From contig NW_026262582.1 of assembly GCF_021869535.1 (NCBI RefSeq), positions 5,394,001 through 5,458,000 on the forward strand: DNA of 64,000 nt. Direction: 5' to 3'. The notes under the pieces were generated by a model, which was not told where the DNA came from, did not search any database, and saw nothing but the letters and a program-made list of their open reading frames with translations. The DNA is from Mytilus californianus (Eukaryota). The number at the start of each line of letters is the position of its first letter. Position 1 is the first letter of the stretch. Positions 37,070 through 50,704 of the stretch are shown here, one piece after another. The position numbers and the translations under genes are program-made.

Positions 37070-40000
37070 CAACAAAATGTGTTCAGTCAAGCGTACTGGA
37101 GGTAAAGGATTTTCACAATAATCTTTCTTCTACAAGAAAATGTAACTTCTTTTTGGGAAATCTTGTCAGTATTGTTATTTGGTATTTATGTACTGCAACA
37201 CATATTCTATTATCTAACTCCAAATCATCTCCTTTTACAAACCCTTTTATATTTCCACAAAAGTCACTTAATATTTGTCACTTAAACATAAATCATATAT
37301 TGCCAAAGTTTTCTGAAATTGAATATTTGCTATCAAAATCTAACACAGATGTGCTGTGTTTAAGTGAAACATTTTTGTCAAATTCTGTCCAAAATAAAAA
37401 AATAGATATTAAGGGTTATGATACAAACAGAAAAGACAGAATTGGAAAATCTGGGGGCGGGTTTTTAATTTATATTTCTAACATGTTAACCACAATTAGA
37501 CGATATGATTTGGAAAAGGATGATATAGAATCAATTTGGGTCGAAATTATTTTTGTTCATCAAAAACCTATATTTCTTGGTAACATATATAGACCACCAA
37601 ATAGTAATGCAGAGTGGATTACAAAATTTTAATCAATGTTAACAAATGTTGATATTGAAGATAAGGAAATAATCATTTTGGGTGACTTTAATATTGATTT
37701 GGCGTCGAGAAAAATTCCAGCTAAATGGTCCCATTTGAAAAACATTTTTAACTTGTCTCAAATAGTCTCAGTTCCCACTCGAGTCACACAAACATCTTCC
37801 ACTTTGGTAGACCATATTTATAGTAATGAACCAGATAATATTCATTTTTTTTTCTGTTCCAAAGTATTCTATCAGTGACCATTATCCAGTATGCATTTCT
37901 CACAAAAGAGGGTTAAAATCGAAAAAGAAAATTCATGAATGTATTACGTTCAGATCTACTAAACAGTTTAATGAAAATGATTTTATCAATCACATATCAC
38001 AGTGTTCATTTGATAGTGTATTAGAAATTGATGACCCCGAAGAAGCATTGTTGTCATTTTTAAATATTTTTACTGAAGTATTAAATCATCATGCTCCACT
38101 CATTAAAAAGAGAGTAAAACGTTTGTATCAAAATGAGTGGATGAATGATGAAATTCTAGATAGCATGAGAAAACGTGATTTTTATCATAAGAAAAAAGAT
38201 ATGTATAGTTATAGACTCTGGAGAAACAAAGTCAAATATCTCATCGAAAACTCTAAACAAAATTATTATACCAATATCATAGAACACAAAAAGGGCAACA
38301 GTAGTAAATTATGGAAGCACCTACATACTGTCAGCGGAACCGCCAATCATACCAGTATTAAAATCATAAGTGATTGTAACAAAAAGGAAATTTTAGAACC
38401 GAAAAGTGTTGCTGATGTATTTAATGCTTATTTCACAAATATCACAGATAATCTTAATATAAATCAAAACAGCAACAATAGTTCTTTTAACAAACTTGAT
38501 GATTTCATATCGGGTCATGTACCAGATAACGTGTATTTTTCTATACCACTTATGAGTAATGATTTTGTGTGTTTACAACTAAAAGCACTAGATGAATCAA
38601 AAGCAACAGGTCTTGATAACATAAGTGCAAAGTTTTTAAAGATGTCTTCTCATGCTATTTCACTACCACTTTGTCATATTTTTAACTTAAGTATTAAAAA
38701 ATGTATTTTTCCATCTTCATTTAAACTGGCAAAAGTCATACCAGTTTATAAGACCAAAGGTTCAAAACAGGATGTTTTTAATTACAGACCAATTGTAATT
38801 TTACCACTCATTTCTAAAATCCTCGAAAAACATGTGAAAACACACTTAGTAAAGTATCTTAATAAATACAACTTATTGTATAGAATGCAGTCAGGCTTTC
38901 GCGCAAACCATTCTTGTCAAACTGCGTTAACAGCTTTATTGGATAAATGGCTTAAATCCATTGATGATGGCTATCTTGTTGGGGCAGTGTTTCTAGATCT
39001 AGCAATAGCCTTTGATCTTCTCAATCATGAACTGCTTATTCAAAAATTAAACAAATACAAATTTGCTTATACTTCGCTACGATGGTTTACATCATATTTG
39101 GCTGACAGATATCAGATGGTATCTTTTTCAAATACATTTTCAGACTTACAAAAACAAAAAACCGGTGTACCTCAAGGATCCGTTTTAGGACCTGTGTTGT
39201 TTTTAATTTTTATAAATGATCTTCCTTTGTCTAATCCTAATCATAACACCGATTTATTTGCTGATGATAGCACCATATCAGTCATTGGACAAAATAAAAG
39301 TTGTATCAGTCATAAACTTAATACGGTTTTACAAGATATTTTTCGCTGGTGTGATGACAATAAAATGGCTGTAAATGTATCTAAAACGAAGGCTATATGT
39401 ATTGGCTCTAAACAGAAGCTTTCAGTTACATCAAATGAAAACATTAATATTGCTATGAATGGACAACAAATTAAAGAAAGTACATGTGAAAAGGTTCTAG
39501 GTATTTTTGTTGATGCATCTCTATCCTGGTCTTCTCATATTGATTATATCATAAAAAGGGTTAACTCTTCTTTAGCTTTACTAAAAAGGATAAAGAAATA
39601 TTTAAATCACAAAGCCAGACACATGTTCTATAACGCTTACGTTTTACCTCACTTAGATTATTGTTGTTCAATATCGGGAAACTGTAATAACTTTCTATTA
39701 GATAGTTTACTAAAACTGCAAAAGAGGGCAGCAAGAATAATTTTAGACGAACATGATTACGCCAAACCTTCAAGCGAATTATTTCACTAATGTAACATTG
39801 TGCAGATTACACAAAAAATACATTATCATACATCATTACTAATATATAAGGCAAAACATGGCTTAGCTCCAGAATATATGTCCAGTCTTATTTTATCAGC
39901 CTCTGCAAACCAAAAATACAATACGAGATTTTCGTCCTCAGATAATTTTATAATTCCAAAACCAAATACAGAGTTGTATAAGTCTAGTTTCTCGTACAAT

Positions 40001-40315
40001 GGACCAAAAGTATGGAATGCTCTTCCTAATTCAATTAAAAAATCAAACACAGTATTAGAATTTAAACATAACTACAAATCTATGTACTTTTAACATTGCC
40101 ATGATATGTGTACTGTAATGCCATATATAATAATTGTTTATTGTATTTAAATTGTATTACATCATTATTTATCATTATTATTGAATATGTATTGTTTATT
40201 TTTAATGTAATTATAATTGTATTAAGAGAGCCTTATTGAAAATTGGTATAATCCAAATGAGTTACTCTTTCTAAATAAAGATATTATTTTTATTATTATT
40301 ATTATTATTATTATT
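37070..40315 (+). mobile_element. L2/CR1-group LINE, near full ORF2, inactivated
   Basis: APE motifs (HLNI, LSETFL, YRPP, GDFN, VDHIY, SDH) and RT motifs (YRPI, QSGFR, FLDL..AFD, GVPQGSVLGP, FADD); 3' stem-loop-like segment, AATAAA at 40274 and (ATT)n tail to 40315. The 5' boundary is approximate. Confidence 0.93.
37153..40093 (+). pseudogene. Disrupted endonuclease-reverse transcriptase ORF
   Basis: ORFs 37153/37636 share one frame (stop at 37630-37632) and 37826/39800 share another (stop at 39788-39790), with a frameshift near the T run at ~37845. No in-frame ATG precedes the APE domain. Confidence 0.9.
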
Positions 40316-40829
40316 CCCGTGTAAATTATTATTGATCGAAAATAGCTGATTTGAATATCTCCGTATTTTCAATTTTTTTGTTGCCTCTGAATTATCTTAC
40401 TAAGTATAAATATTTATAACCTAAGAAAAACGCATGCGCCGTGTTTTCCTGTGTTTTCATGTATAAAATGAACGAACAGTGGGCGACTAGATCGAGTGTA
40501 AAATAAGCACGTGTGCGTTTACAAAATTTCAGGAGTTTCGGCTATTTATAGATAAGTGTTACCTCTGTACCGATATGCATGATTAGGGACCAGACAAAAT
40601 CGAATTACTAAAAAAAAGAGTTCAAATCCAACTCTCTACGGGATTAAACGACATTTACTAGGTTTCGAAGTGTCCCAACTAATCAACGAACTTACTAAAG
40701 TACCTGTTATAGAGTCAGATAATATCTTCCAATCAGGTAAAAAGTAAGCATTCAGCCCTCAGACTGTCCATCGTTCAACTCTAAATACCGTCTCCGAGGA
40801 GACGATAAAAAGGTTTTGAACAGTAAATT

Positions 40830-41490
40830 AATTCTTGCTGAAGATGTAAAACTTCCATGCCATAACATATGGGAAATATGTTTTGAATAATCGTCTTTAG
40901 TTTTTTTAAGTAGTGTTTTGTAGAATGTTAAACATTGAAATAAGTCTTGCTGAAGACGTAAACCTTCTATACCATATTTCATCTACGTAGGATTACATAT
41001 GGGAAAATGTTTTTGTATGTAATCGTCTTGAGTTTTTTTAAGTAGTTTTTGTAGACTGTTGAACATTGCAATTAGTCTTGCTGAAGATGTAATCCTTCCA
41101 TGCTATAACATATGTACGTAGAATTACATATGGGAAATCTGTTTTTGATTTAATCGTCTTTAGTTTTTTAAGTAGTAATTAGTAGACTTTTGTCTGTCAT
41201 TTCGTATGTTTTTGTTTTCGGCAAACGAGTTTTGCTTATCCCTTTGGAACACCGGTCTCGGATCGACTGATATACATATTTACTGTAAATCGACAAACTC
41301 TTTTTATAGATTTCACTCTATAAGTCATAATGAGAAATGCGTTTGTAACATTGAAATAAGTCTTGCTTAAGATATAAACCTTCCATGCCATAACATATCT
41401 ACGTAGAATTTCATATGGGAAATCTCTTTTAAATTTTAACCGTCTTTAGTTTTTTAAGTAGTGATTAGTAGATTGTTGTCTGTCATTTCG
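40830..41490. repeat. Degenerate ~115-135-bp tandem repeat, 4 units
   Basis: CTTGCTGAAGA...CCATGCCATAACATAT...CATATGGGAAA...AATCGTCTTTAGTTTTTTAAGTAG near 40833, 40946, 41077 and 41362. Confidence 0.8.
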
Positions 41491-42062
41491 TCGGCTAACG
41501 TTTTCGACAAACGAGCTTTACTTCTCCCTTTGGTATCTCCTGCCTCGTTTTCGACAAACGAGCTTTTGATTCTCCCTTTGGTATCTCCTGCCTCGTTTTC
41601 GACAAACGAGGTTTGCTTCTTCCTTTGGTATCTCCTGTCTCGTTTTCGACAAACGAGCTTTGGTTCTCCCTTTTGTATCTCCTGCCTCGTTTTCGACAAA
41701 CGAGTTTCCGGTTCTCCCTTTGGTATGTCCTGCCTCGTTTTCGACAATCGAGTTTTCGGTTCTCCCTTTGGTATGTCCTGCCTCGTTTTCGACAATCGAG
41801 TTTTCGGTTCTCCCTTTGGTATGTCCTGTCTCGTTTTCGACAAACGAATTTTCGGTTTTCCCTTTGGTATATCCTGCTTCGTTTTCGACAAACGAGATTT
41901 TGGTTCTCCCTTTTGTATCTCCTGCCTCGTTTTCGACAAACGAGTTTCCGGTTCTCCCTTTGGTATGTCCTGCCTCGTTTTCGACAAACGAGTTTTCGAT
42001 TCTCCCTTTGCTATCTCCTGCCTCGTTTTCGACAAACGAGTTTTTCATCTCCCTTTGGTACC
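41490..42062. repeat. 48-bp tandem repeat with internal hairpin, ~12 copies
   Basis: Unit CTCGTTTTCGACAAACGAG(N9-10)TCCCTTTGGTAT(C/G)TCCTG(C/T); CTCGTTT/AAACGAG form a 7-bp stem. Confidence 0.95.
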
Positions 42063-42585
42063 TCCAACCTCTTTATTAACGTCAAACAAATCAAATTTAT
42101 GAAACTGCCTAACACACAGACTAAAAGAAAAATTCTAATCAATTATTTTATCTAAAAGCTACATTTTACTTATATTACATGCTACAAAGAAAAGGAAGTG
42201 TATTGATTTATGACATGCAAATGTCTCAGGATTTTCGATTAAATCCGAAAATGTTTGTCAACTTCTAAGATGAAGTACTTTTAGAAATAAATGGGTTCGA
42301 AATTTTAGACATTTATTCAAGATTTCAGTTTCTAGGATTTTTCTATCCTTTGAACAGACATGCCTAACTTTTTTTTTCAAAGGATAAACATAAGCGTATT
42401 TTTGTGTTTTATTTTTTAAAATACCATCTTTACCTAAGCAGGCTATAAATTTGTGTAATAATTCTTTGGAAATAATTCATTTATATTATATTTTCACGAT
42501 TTAAGAAAACAACGGTAAATTCGTTTTATATTCATCTGATAATCTGTATAGGCATCTTTCTATTATAAAAGACTATGTTGACTAG

Positions 42586-43320
42586 GAAGTGTATTGATTT
42601 ATAACACAATGTCACTACACGCACATGTCTCGGTGAAGTTTATTCATTTATAACACAATGTCACTACACGCACATGTCTCGGTGAAGTGTATTGATTTAT
42701 AACACAATGTCACTACACGCACATGTCTCGGTGAAGTGTATTGATTTATAACACAATGTCACTACACGCACATGTCTCGGTGAAGTGTATTGATTTATAA
42801 CATGATGTCACTACATGTACATATCTCGGTGAAGTGTATTGATTTATAACACAATGTCACTACACGCACATGTCTCGGTGAAGTATATTGATTTATAACA
42901 CAATGTCACTACACGCACATGTCTCGGTGAAGTGTATTGATTTATAACATGATGTCACTACATGTTCATATCTCGGTGAAGTGTATTGATTTATAACACA
43001 ATGTCACTACACGCACATGTGTCGGTGAAGTATATTGATTTATAACACAATGTCACTACACTCACATGTCTCGGTGAAGTATATTGATTTATAACACAAT
43101 GTCACTACACGCACATGTCTCGGTGAAGTGTGTTGATTTATAACACAATGTCACTACACGCACATGTCTCGTTGAAGTATATTGATTTATAACACAATGT
43201 CACTTCACGCACATGTTTCGGTTAATTGTGTTGTTTTATAACACAATGCCACTACACGCACATGTCTCGGTGAAGTGTATTGATTTATAACATAATGTCA
43301 CTACAAGCACATTTCTCGGT
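42586..43320. repeat. 49-bp tandem repeat, ~15 copies
   Basis: Unit GAAGTGTATTGATTTATAACACAATGTCACTACACGCACATGTCTCGGT; period 49 (42601 to 42650); a related single unit lies at ~42195. Confidence 0.97.
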
Positions 43321-45030
43321 ATTTTTCAATTAAATCTCAACATCTAACAAGAAGTACTGGTTCATTTAAAATTCCTCATTATCTGGAAGACTTTGGAAGT
43401 ACAATCATAATATAAAAACTTATGGTAATTTTTAATATATGTGAATGAATCGATTATTATTTTTTCATTTCTTTTGCTCCCATGTGTGGTTCTTTACATT
43501 CCTGATTTAGAAGAGCACATCAAGTACAACCATAACAATACGCTTCATTTAGCTCATATTTATATTCAAACAAAAAAAATATATTTACAATGCAGAGGAA
43601 ATACAAATGCTAGTACAAAATCTTTGAGAGTGCAGATTGATATCAAAACGATGTTTTTTCTTAATGTTACTGTGGTAACTTCTAATCAACGCAATTGTTA
43701 CATTATCTCTGTCAACAATTGTATGATTTGCTGTAATTTTTAGTATTGAAACATTGTTTGAGAATTAAATTTTTACGGTAATGTTGTTAATAAAGCCCGA
43801 CAAATTGTTACGATCCATGTAAACTCCTAGACTCCCCGAAAATTTTTTTTTTAAGGTAATCAATATGTATCATCGTAGTATATGCAAATGTCACATTTAA
43901 CATGTTTGATAACTATCATATTATGTGGGGCGAAATTAGACAGTATTATATTCTGTGGGGTGAAATAAGACTATTACATTTTGTTATACCTCAGTATGTT
44001 TTTTTTCTATATAAAAAAGAATGAAATAGTTGTGCTATTTCATTCCACAGACTATTTGCCAGTCAATAGTTTCAAAGACAATTACCCCGGTCAGTAGTTT
44101 TTTAAACATATTTCCAGTACTTTTTCATACTAATTTTTCATTGGACAACAATGGCGTCATTGACTACTCTGCTTGGAGTTGTGCGCTTGGCAACGTTTAA
44201 CTCAGAAATATCGTAAACGGTATATTCTGTATGAGTCTGTCGTGTAATTTCTAATTATAATGATATAACTTACCAGAAGCAAAAAAAAAGCTTAAATAAG
44301 AAAGAGAAAATCTACGTGACATATTTTTAGAACTACAACATAACAAATGTATGGTATGGATCTGTCGTCGTCTTCATACTCTAGGATTGCTTTGGTGTAC
44401 GGTAATAAATATTAGCTAGCGTTTATAATATGCACGGGAATTTTTACACAAGGATTCCTGGTTTTGATTACAATAAATAAAATATTGAATATATTGATAG
44501 TTCATCTTGTGCATGTTTATGTGACGACTATTTGGTTTTTTTCAAAGAAGTGTGTGTAGACTTTTTAGAAATTTATTTTGTTCGGTAAAATAAAACACTT
44601 AATGACTGGTTATGAATGTTATAGCAAGTGTGTGGTCCCTCTGAGTATCATACATATGTATTCCTCTTTGAACGTCGGGACTTCCATGTGCGCGGTTAAT
44701 GTTTATAACGTTTTGAACAATTTTATTTTTTTTTATTTGTGTTTATTTCAGATTTAAAAACAAAACAAAAAGGTACTGATTATCATTATTAATGTAGACT
44801 AAGTGTTTAGTTATAAAAACAAGCGGATAAGAAAAAGAAATATGTAATTTAATATCTTAAGTTAAGGAAGTAAAAAAAGAATAGTTAGTGGAATAGAACA
44901 TTTATTTCCCTTTGATAAGGGAGATATGAAGATTTGTTTACCCTCGAAAAGTCATATTTCTCTCGGGCGATGTTATCGTGAAATACGAATTTTCTTGGGT
45001 GAACAAATCTTCATACCCCCCTCAGACACG

Positions 45031-45352
45031 TATAACATTATGTTGGGCAAAATAAGACTTGTATATCATGTGGGGCGAATTAAGACTACTATTATATTAT
45101 GTTGGATGTAATAAGACTATATATTATGTGGGGTGAAATACGACTATTATATTATGTTGGGTGAAATAAGACTATTATATTATGTAGGGCGAAATAAGAC
45201 TATTATATTATGTGGGGTGAAATAAGACTATTATATTATGTGGGGCGAAATAAGACTATTATATTATGTGGAGTGAAATAAGACTATTATATTATGTGAG
45301 GCGAAATTATATTATGTGGGGTGAAATAAGACTATTATATTATGTGGGGTGA
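45031..45352. repeat. 28-bp tandem repeat, ~11 copies
   Basis: Unit TATTATATTATGTGGGGTGAAATAAGAC; two orphan copies at 43915-43975. Confidence 0.95.
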
Positions 45353-45356
45353 AACT

Positions 45357-48300
45357 CTCGTAAAACAAACCCTAATGCATCAGTTTATGGTCAACATAAA
45401 ATGTTTACGTATTGACCGACGTATTCTATAAGGACCATATCATACTCGTTACACAAACCCTAATGCATCAGTTTGATGTCAACATAAAATGCTTAAGTAT
45501 TGACCGACGTATTCTATAAGGACCATATCATACTCGTTACACAAACCCTAATGCATCAGTTTATGGTCAACACAAAATGTTTAAGTATTGACCGACGTAT
45601 TCTATAAGGACCATATCATACTTATTTCACAAACCCTAATGCATCAGTTTGATGTCAACATAAAATGTTTAAGTATTGACCGACGTATTCTATAAGGACC
45701 ATATCATACTCGTTACACAAACCCTAATGCATCAGTTTGATGTCAACATAAAATGCTTAAGTATTGACCGACGTATTCTATAAGGACCATATCATACTCG
45801 TTACACAAACCCTAATGCATCAGTTTGATGTCAACATAAAATGATTACGTATTGACCTACGTATTCTATAAGGACCATATCATACTCGTTACACAAACCC
45901 TAATGCATCAGTTTATGGTCAACATTAAATGTTTACGTATTGACCGACGTATTCTATAAGGACCATATCATACTCGTTACACAAACCCTAATGCATCAGT
46001 TTGATGTCAACATAAAATGCTTAAGTATTGACCGACGTATTCTATAAGGACCATATCATACTCGTTACACAGACCCTAATGTATCAGTTTATGGTCAACA
46101 CAAAATGTTTAAGTATTGACCGACGTATTCTATAAGGACCATATCATACTTATTTCACAAACCCTAATGCATCAGTTTGATGTCAACATAAAATGTTTAA
46201 GTATTGACCGACGTATTCTATAAGGACCATATCATACTCGTTACACAAACCCTAATGCATCAGTTTGATGTCAACATAAAATGCTTAAGTATTGACCGAC
46301 GTATTCTATAAGGACCATATCATACTCGTTACACAAACCCTAATGCATCAGTTTGATGTCAACATAAAATGATTACGTATTGACCTACGTATTCTATAAG
46401 GACCATATCATACTCGTTACACAAACCCTAATGCATCAGTTTATGGTCAACATTAAATGTTTACGTATTGACCGACGTATTCTATAAGGACCATATCATA
46501 CTCGTTACACAAACCCTAATGCATCAGTTTGATGTCAACATAAAATGCTTAAGTATTGACCGACGTATTCTATAAGGACCATATCATACTCGTTACACAG
46601 ACCCTAATGTATCAGTTTATGGTCAACACAAAATGTTTAAGTATTGACCGACGTATTCTATAAGGACCATATCATACTTATTTCACAAACCCTAATGCAT
46701 CAGTTTGATGTCAACATAAAATGTTTAAGTATTGACCGACGTATTCTATAAGGACCATATCATACTCGTTACACAAACCCTAATGCATCAGTTTGATGTC
46801 AACATAAAATGCTTAAGTATTGACCGACGTATTCTATAAGGACCATATCATACTCGTTACACAAACCCTAATGCATCAGTTTGATGTCAACATAAAATGA
46901 TTACGTATTGACCTACGTATTCTATAAGGACCATATCATACTCGTTACACAAACCCTAATGCATCAGTTTGATGTCAACATAAAATGCTTAAGTATTGAC
47001 CGACGTATTCTATAAGGACCATATCATACTCGTTACACAAACCCTAATGCATCAGTTTATGGTCAACATTAAATGTTTACGTATTGACCGACGTATTCTA
47101 TAAGGACCATATCATACTCGTTACACAAACCCTAATGCATCAGTTTGATGTCAACATAAAATGCTTAAGTATTGACCGACGTATTCTATAAGGACCATTT
47201 CATACTCGTTACACAAACCCTAATGCATCAGTTTGATGTCAACATAAAATGATTACGTATTGACCGACGTATTCTATAAGGACCACATCATACTCGTTAC
47301 ACAAACCCTAATGCATCAGTTTATGGTCAACACAAAATGTTTAAGTATTGACCGACGTATTCTATAAGGACCATATCATAATCGTTACACAAACCCTAAT
47401 GCATCAGTTTATGGTCAACACAAAATGTTTAAGTATTGACCGACGTATTCTATAAGGACCATATCATACTCGTTACAAAAACCCTAATGCATCAGTTTAT
47501 GGTCAACACAAAATGTTTAAGTATTGACCGACGTATTCTATAAGGACCATATCATACTCGTTACACAAACCCTAATGCATCAGTGTATGGTCAACACAAA
47601 ATGTTTAAGTATTGACCGACGTATTCTATAAGGACCATATCATACTCGTTACACAAACCCTAATGCATCAGTTTATGGTCAACACAAAATGCTTAAGTAT
47701 TGACCGACGTATTCTATAAGGACCATATCATACTCGTTACACAAACCCTAATGCATCAGTTTGATGTCAACATTAAATGTTAAAGTATTGACCGACGTAT
47801 TCAATAAGGACCATATCATACTCGTTACACAAACCCTAATGCATCAGTTTATGGTCAACACAAAATGTTTAAGTATTGACCGACGTATTCTATAAGGACC
47901 ATATCATACTCGTTACACCAACCATAATGCATCAGTTTATGGTCAACACAAAATGTTTACGTATTGACCGACGTATTCTATAAGGACCATATCATACTCG
48001 TTACACAAACCCTAATGCATCAGTTTATGGTCAACACAAAATGTTTAAGTATTGACCGACGTATTCTATAAGGACGATATCATACTCGTTACACAAACCC
48101 TAATGCATCAGTTTATGGTCAACACAAAATGTTTAAGTATTGACCGACGTATTCTATAAGGACCATATCATACTCGTTACACAAACCCTAATGCATCAGT
48201 TTATGGTCAACACAAAATGCTTAAGTATTGACCGACGTATTCTATAAGGACCATATCATACTCGTTACACAAACCCTAATGCATCAGTTTGATGTCAACA

Positions 48301-50704
48301 TTAAATGTTAAAGTATTGACCGACGTATTCAATAAGGACCATATCATACTCGTTACACAAACCCTAATGCATCAGTTTATGGTCAACACAAAATGTTTAA
48401 GTATTGACCGACGTATTCTATAAGGACCATATCATACTTATTTCACAAACCCTAATGCATCAGTTTGATGTCAACATAAAATGTTTAAGTATTGACCGAC
48501 GTATTCTATAAGGACCATATCATACTCGTTACACAAACCCTAATGCATCAGTTTGATGTCAACATAAAATGCTTAAGTATTGACCGACGTATTCTATAAG
48601 GACCATATCATATTCGTTACACAAACCCTAATGCGTCAGTTTGATGTCAACATAAAATGATTACGTATTGACCTACGTATTCTATAAGGACCATATCATA
48701 CTCGTTACACAAACCCTAATGCATCAGTTTGATGTCAACATAAAATGCTTAAGTATTGACCGACGTATTCTATAAGGACCATATCATACTCGTTACACAA
48801 ACCCTAATGCATCAGTTTATGGTCAACATTAAATGTTTACGTATTGACCGACGTATTCTATAAGGACCATATCATACTCGTTACACAAACCCTAATGCAT
48901 CAGTTTGATGTCAACATAAAATGCTTAAGTATTGACCGACGTATTCTATAAGGACCATTTCATACTCGTTACACAAACCCTAATGCATCAGTTTGATGTC
49001 AACATAAAATGATTACGTATTGACCGACGTATTCTATAAGGACCACATCATACTCGTTACACAAACCCTAATGCATCAGTTTATGGTCAACACAAAATGT
49101 TTAAGTATTGACCGACGTATTCTATAAGGACCATATCATACTCGTTACACAAACCCTAATGCATCAGTTTATGGTCAACACAAAATGTTTAAGTATTGAC
49201 CGACGTATTCTATAAGGACCATATCATACTCGTTACACCAACCATATTGCATCAGTTTATGGTCAACATAAAAAGATTACGTATTGACCGACTTATTCCA
49301 AAAGGACCATATCATACTCGTTACACAAACCCTAATGCATCAGTTTGATGTCAACATAAAATGTTTACGTATTGACGGACGTATTCTATAAGGACCATAT
49401 CATACTCGTTACACAAACCCTAATGCATCGGTTTATGGTCAACATAAAATGTTTAAGTATTGACCGACGTATTCTACAAGGACCATATCATACTCGTTAC
49501 ACAAACCCTAATGCATCAGTTTATGGTCAACATAAAATGTTTAAGTATTGACCAACGTGTTCTATAAGGACCATATCATACTCGTTACACAAACCCTAAT
49601 GCATCAGTTTGATGTCAACATAAAATGTTTACGTATTGACCGACGTGTTCTATAAGGACCATATCATACTCGTTACACAAACCCTAATGCATCAGTTTAT
49701 GGTCAACACAAAATGTTTAAGTATGGACAGACGTATTCTATAAGGACCATATCATACTCGTTACACAAACCCTAATGCATCAGTTTATGGTCAACATAAA
49801 ATGTTTAAGTTTGACCGACGTATTCTATAAAGACCATATCATAATCGTTACACAAACCCTAATGCATCAGTTTATGGTCAACACAAAATGTTTACGTATT
49901 GACCGACGTATTTTATAAGGACCATATCATACTCGTTACACAAACCCTAATGCATCAGTTTATGGTCAACACAAAATGTTTAAGTATTGACAGACGTATT
50001 CTATAAGGACCATATCATACTCGTTACACAAACCCTAATGCATCAGTTTATGGTCAACACAAAATGTTTAAGTATTGACCGACGTATTCTATAAGGACCA
50101 TAACATACTCGTTACACAAACCCTAATGCATCAGTTTATGGTCAACACAAAATGTTTAAGTATTGACCGACGTATTCTATAAGGACCATATCATACTCGT
50201 TACACCAACCATAATGCATCAGTTTATGGTCAACACAAAATGTTTAAGTATTGACCGACGTAATCTATAAGGACCATAACATACTCGTTACACAAACCCT
50301 AATGCATCAGTTTATGGTCAACACAAAATGTTTAAGTATTGACCGACGTATTCTATTAGGACCATAACATACTCGTTACACAAACCCTAATGCATCAGTT
50401 TGATGTCAACACAAAATGTTTAAGTATTGACCGACGTATTCAATAAGGACCATATCATACTCGTTACACAAACCCTAATGCATCAGTTTGATGTCAACAC
50501 AAAATGTTTAAGTATTGACCGACGTATTCTATAAGGACCATATCATACTCGTTACACAGACCCTAATGTATCAGTTTATGGTCAACACAAAATGTTTCAG
50601 TATTGACAGACGTATTCTATAAGGACCATATCATACTCGTTACACAAACCCTAATGCATCAGTTTGATGTCAACATAAAATGTTTGAGTATTGACCGACG
50701 TATT
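45357..50704. repeat. 88-bp satellite, ~61 copies
   Basis: Period 88 (45451 to 45539); unit ACACAAACCCTAATGCATCAGTTT(ATG/GAT)GTCAAC...GGACCATATCATACTCGTT. Confidence 0.98.

Noticed and set aside
37153-40093. Functional or domesticated RT gene
   Set aside because: Two in-frame stops, a frameshift and a typical LINE 3' tail.
40226-40315. This LINE as the mobilising partner of the SINEs
   Set aside because: The LINE 3' end and (ATT)n tail show no similarity to the SINE 3' end and (AATC)n tail.
41490-42062. CRISPR-like array (hairpin repeats with intervening sequence)
   Set aside because: The intervening segments are near-identical rather than unique spacers; no cas genes; eukaryotic context.
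41454-42155. Five overlapping 139-213-aa ORFs on both strands
   Set aside because: The 48-bp unit is a multiple of 3 and nearly stop-free, so most frames are open automatically; no splice or domain support.
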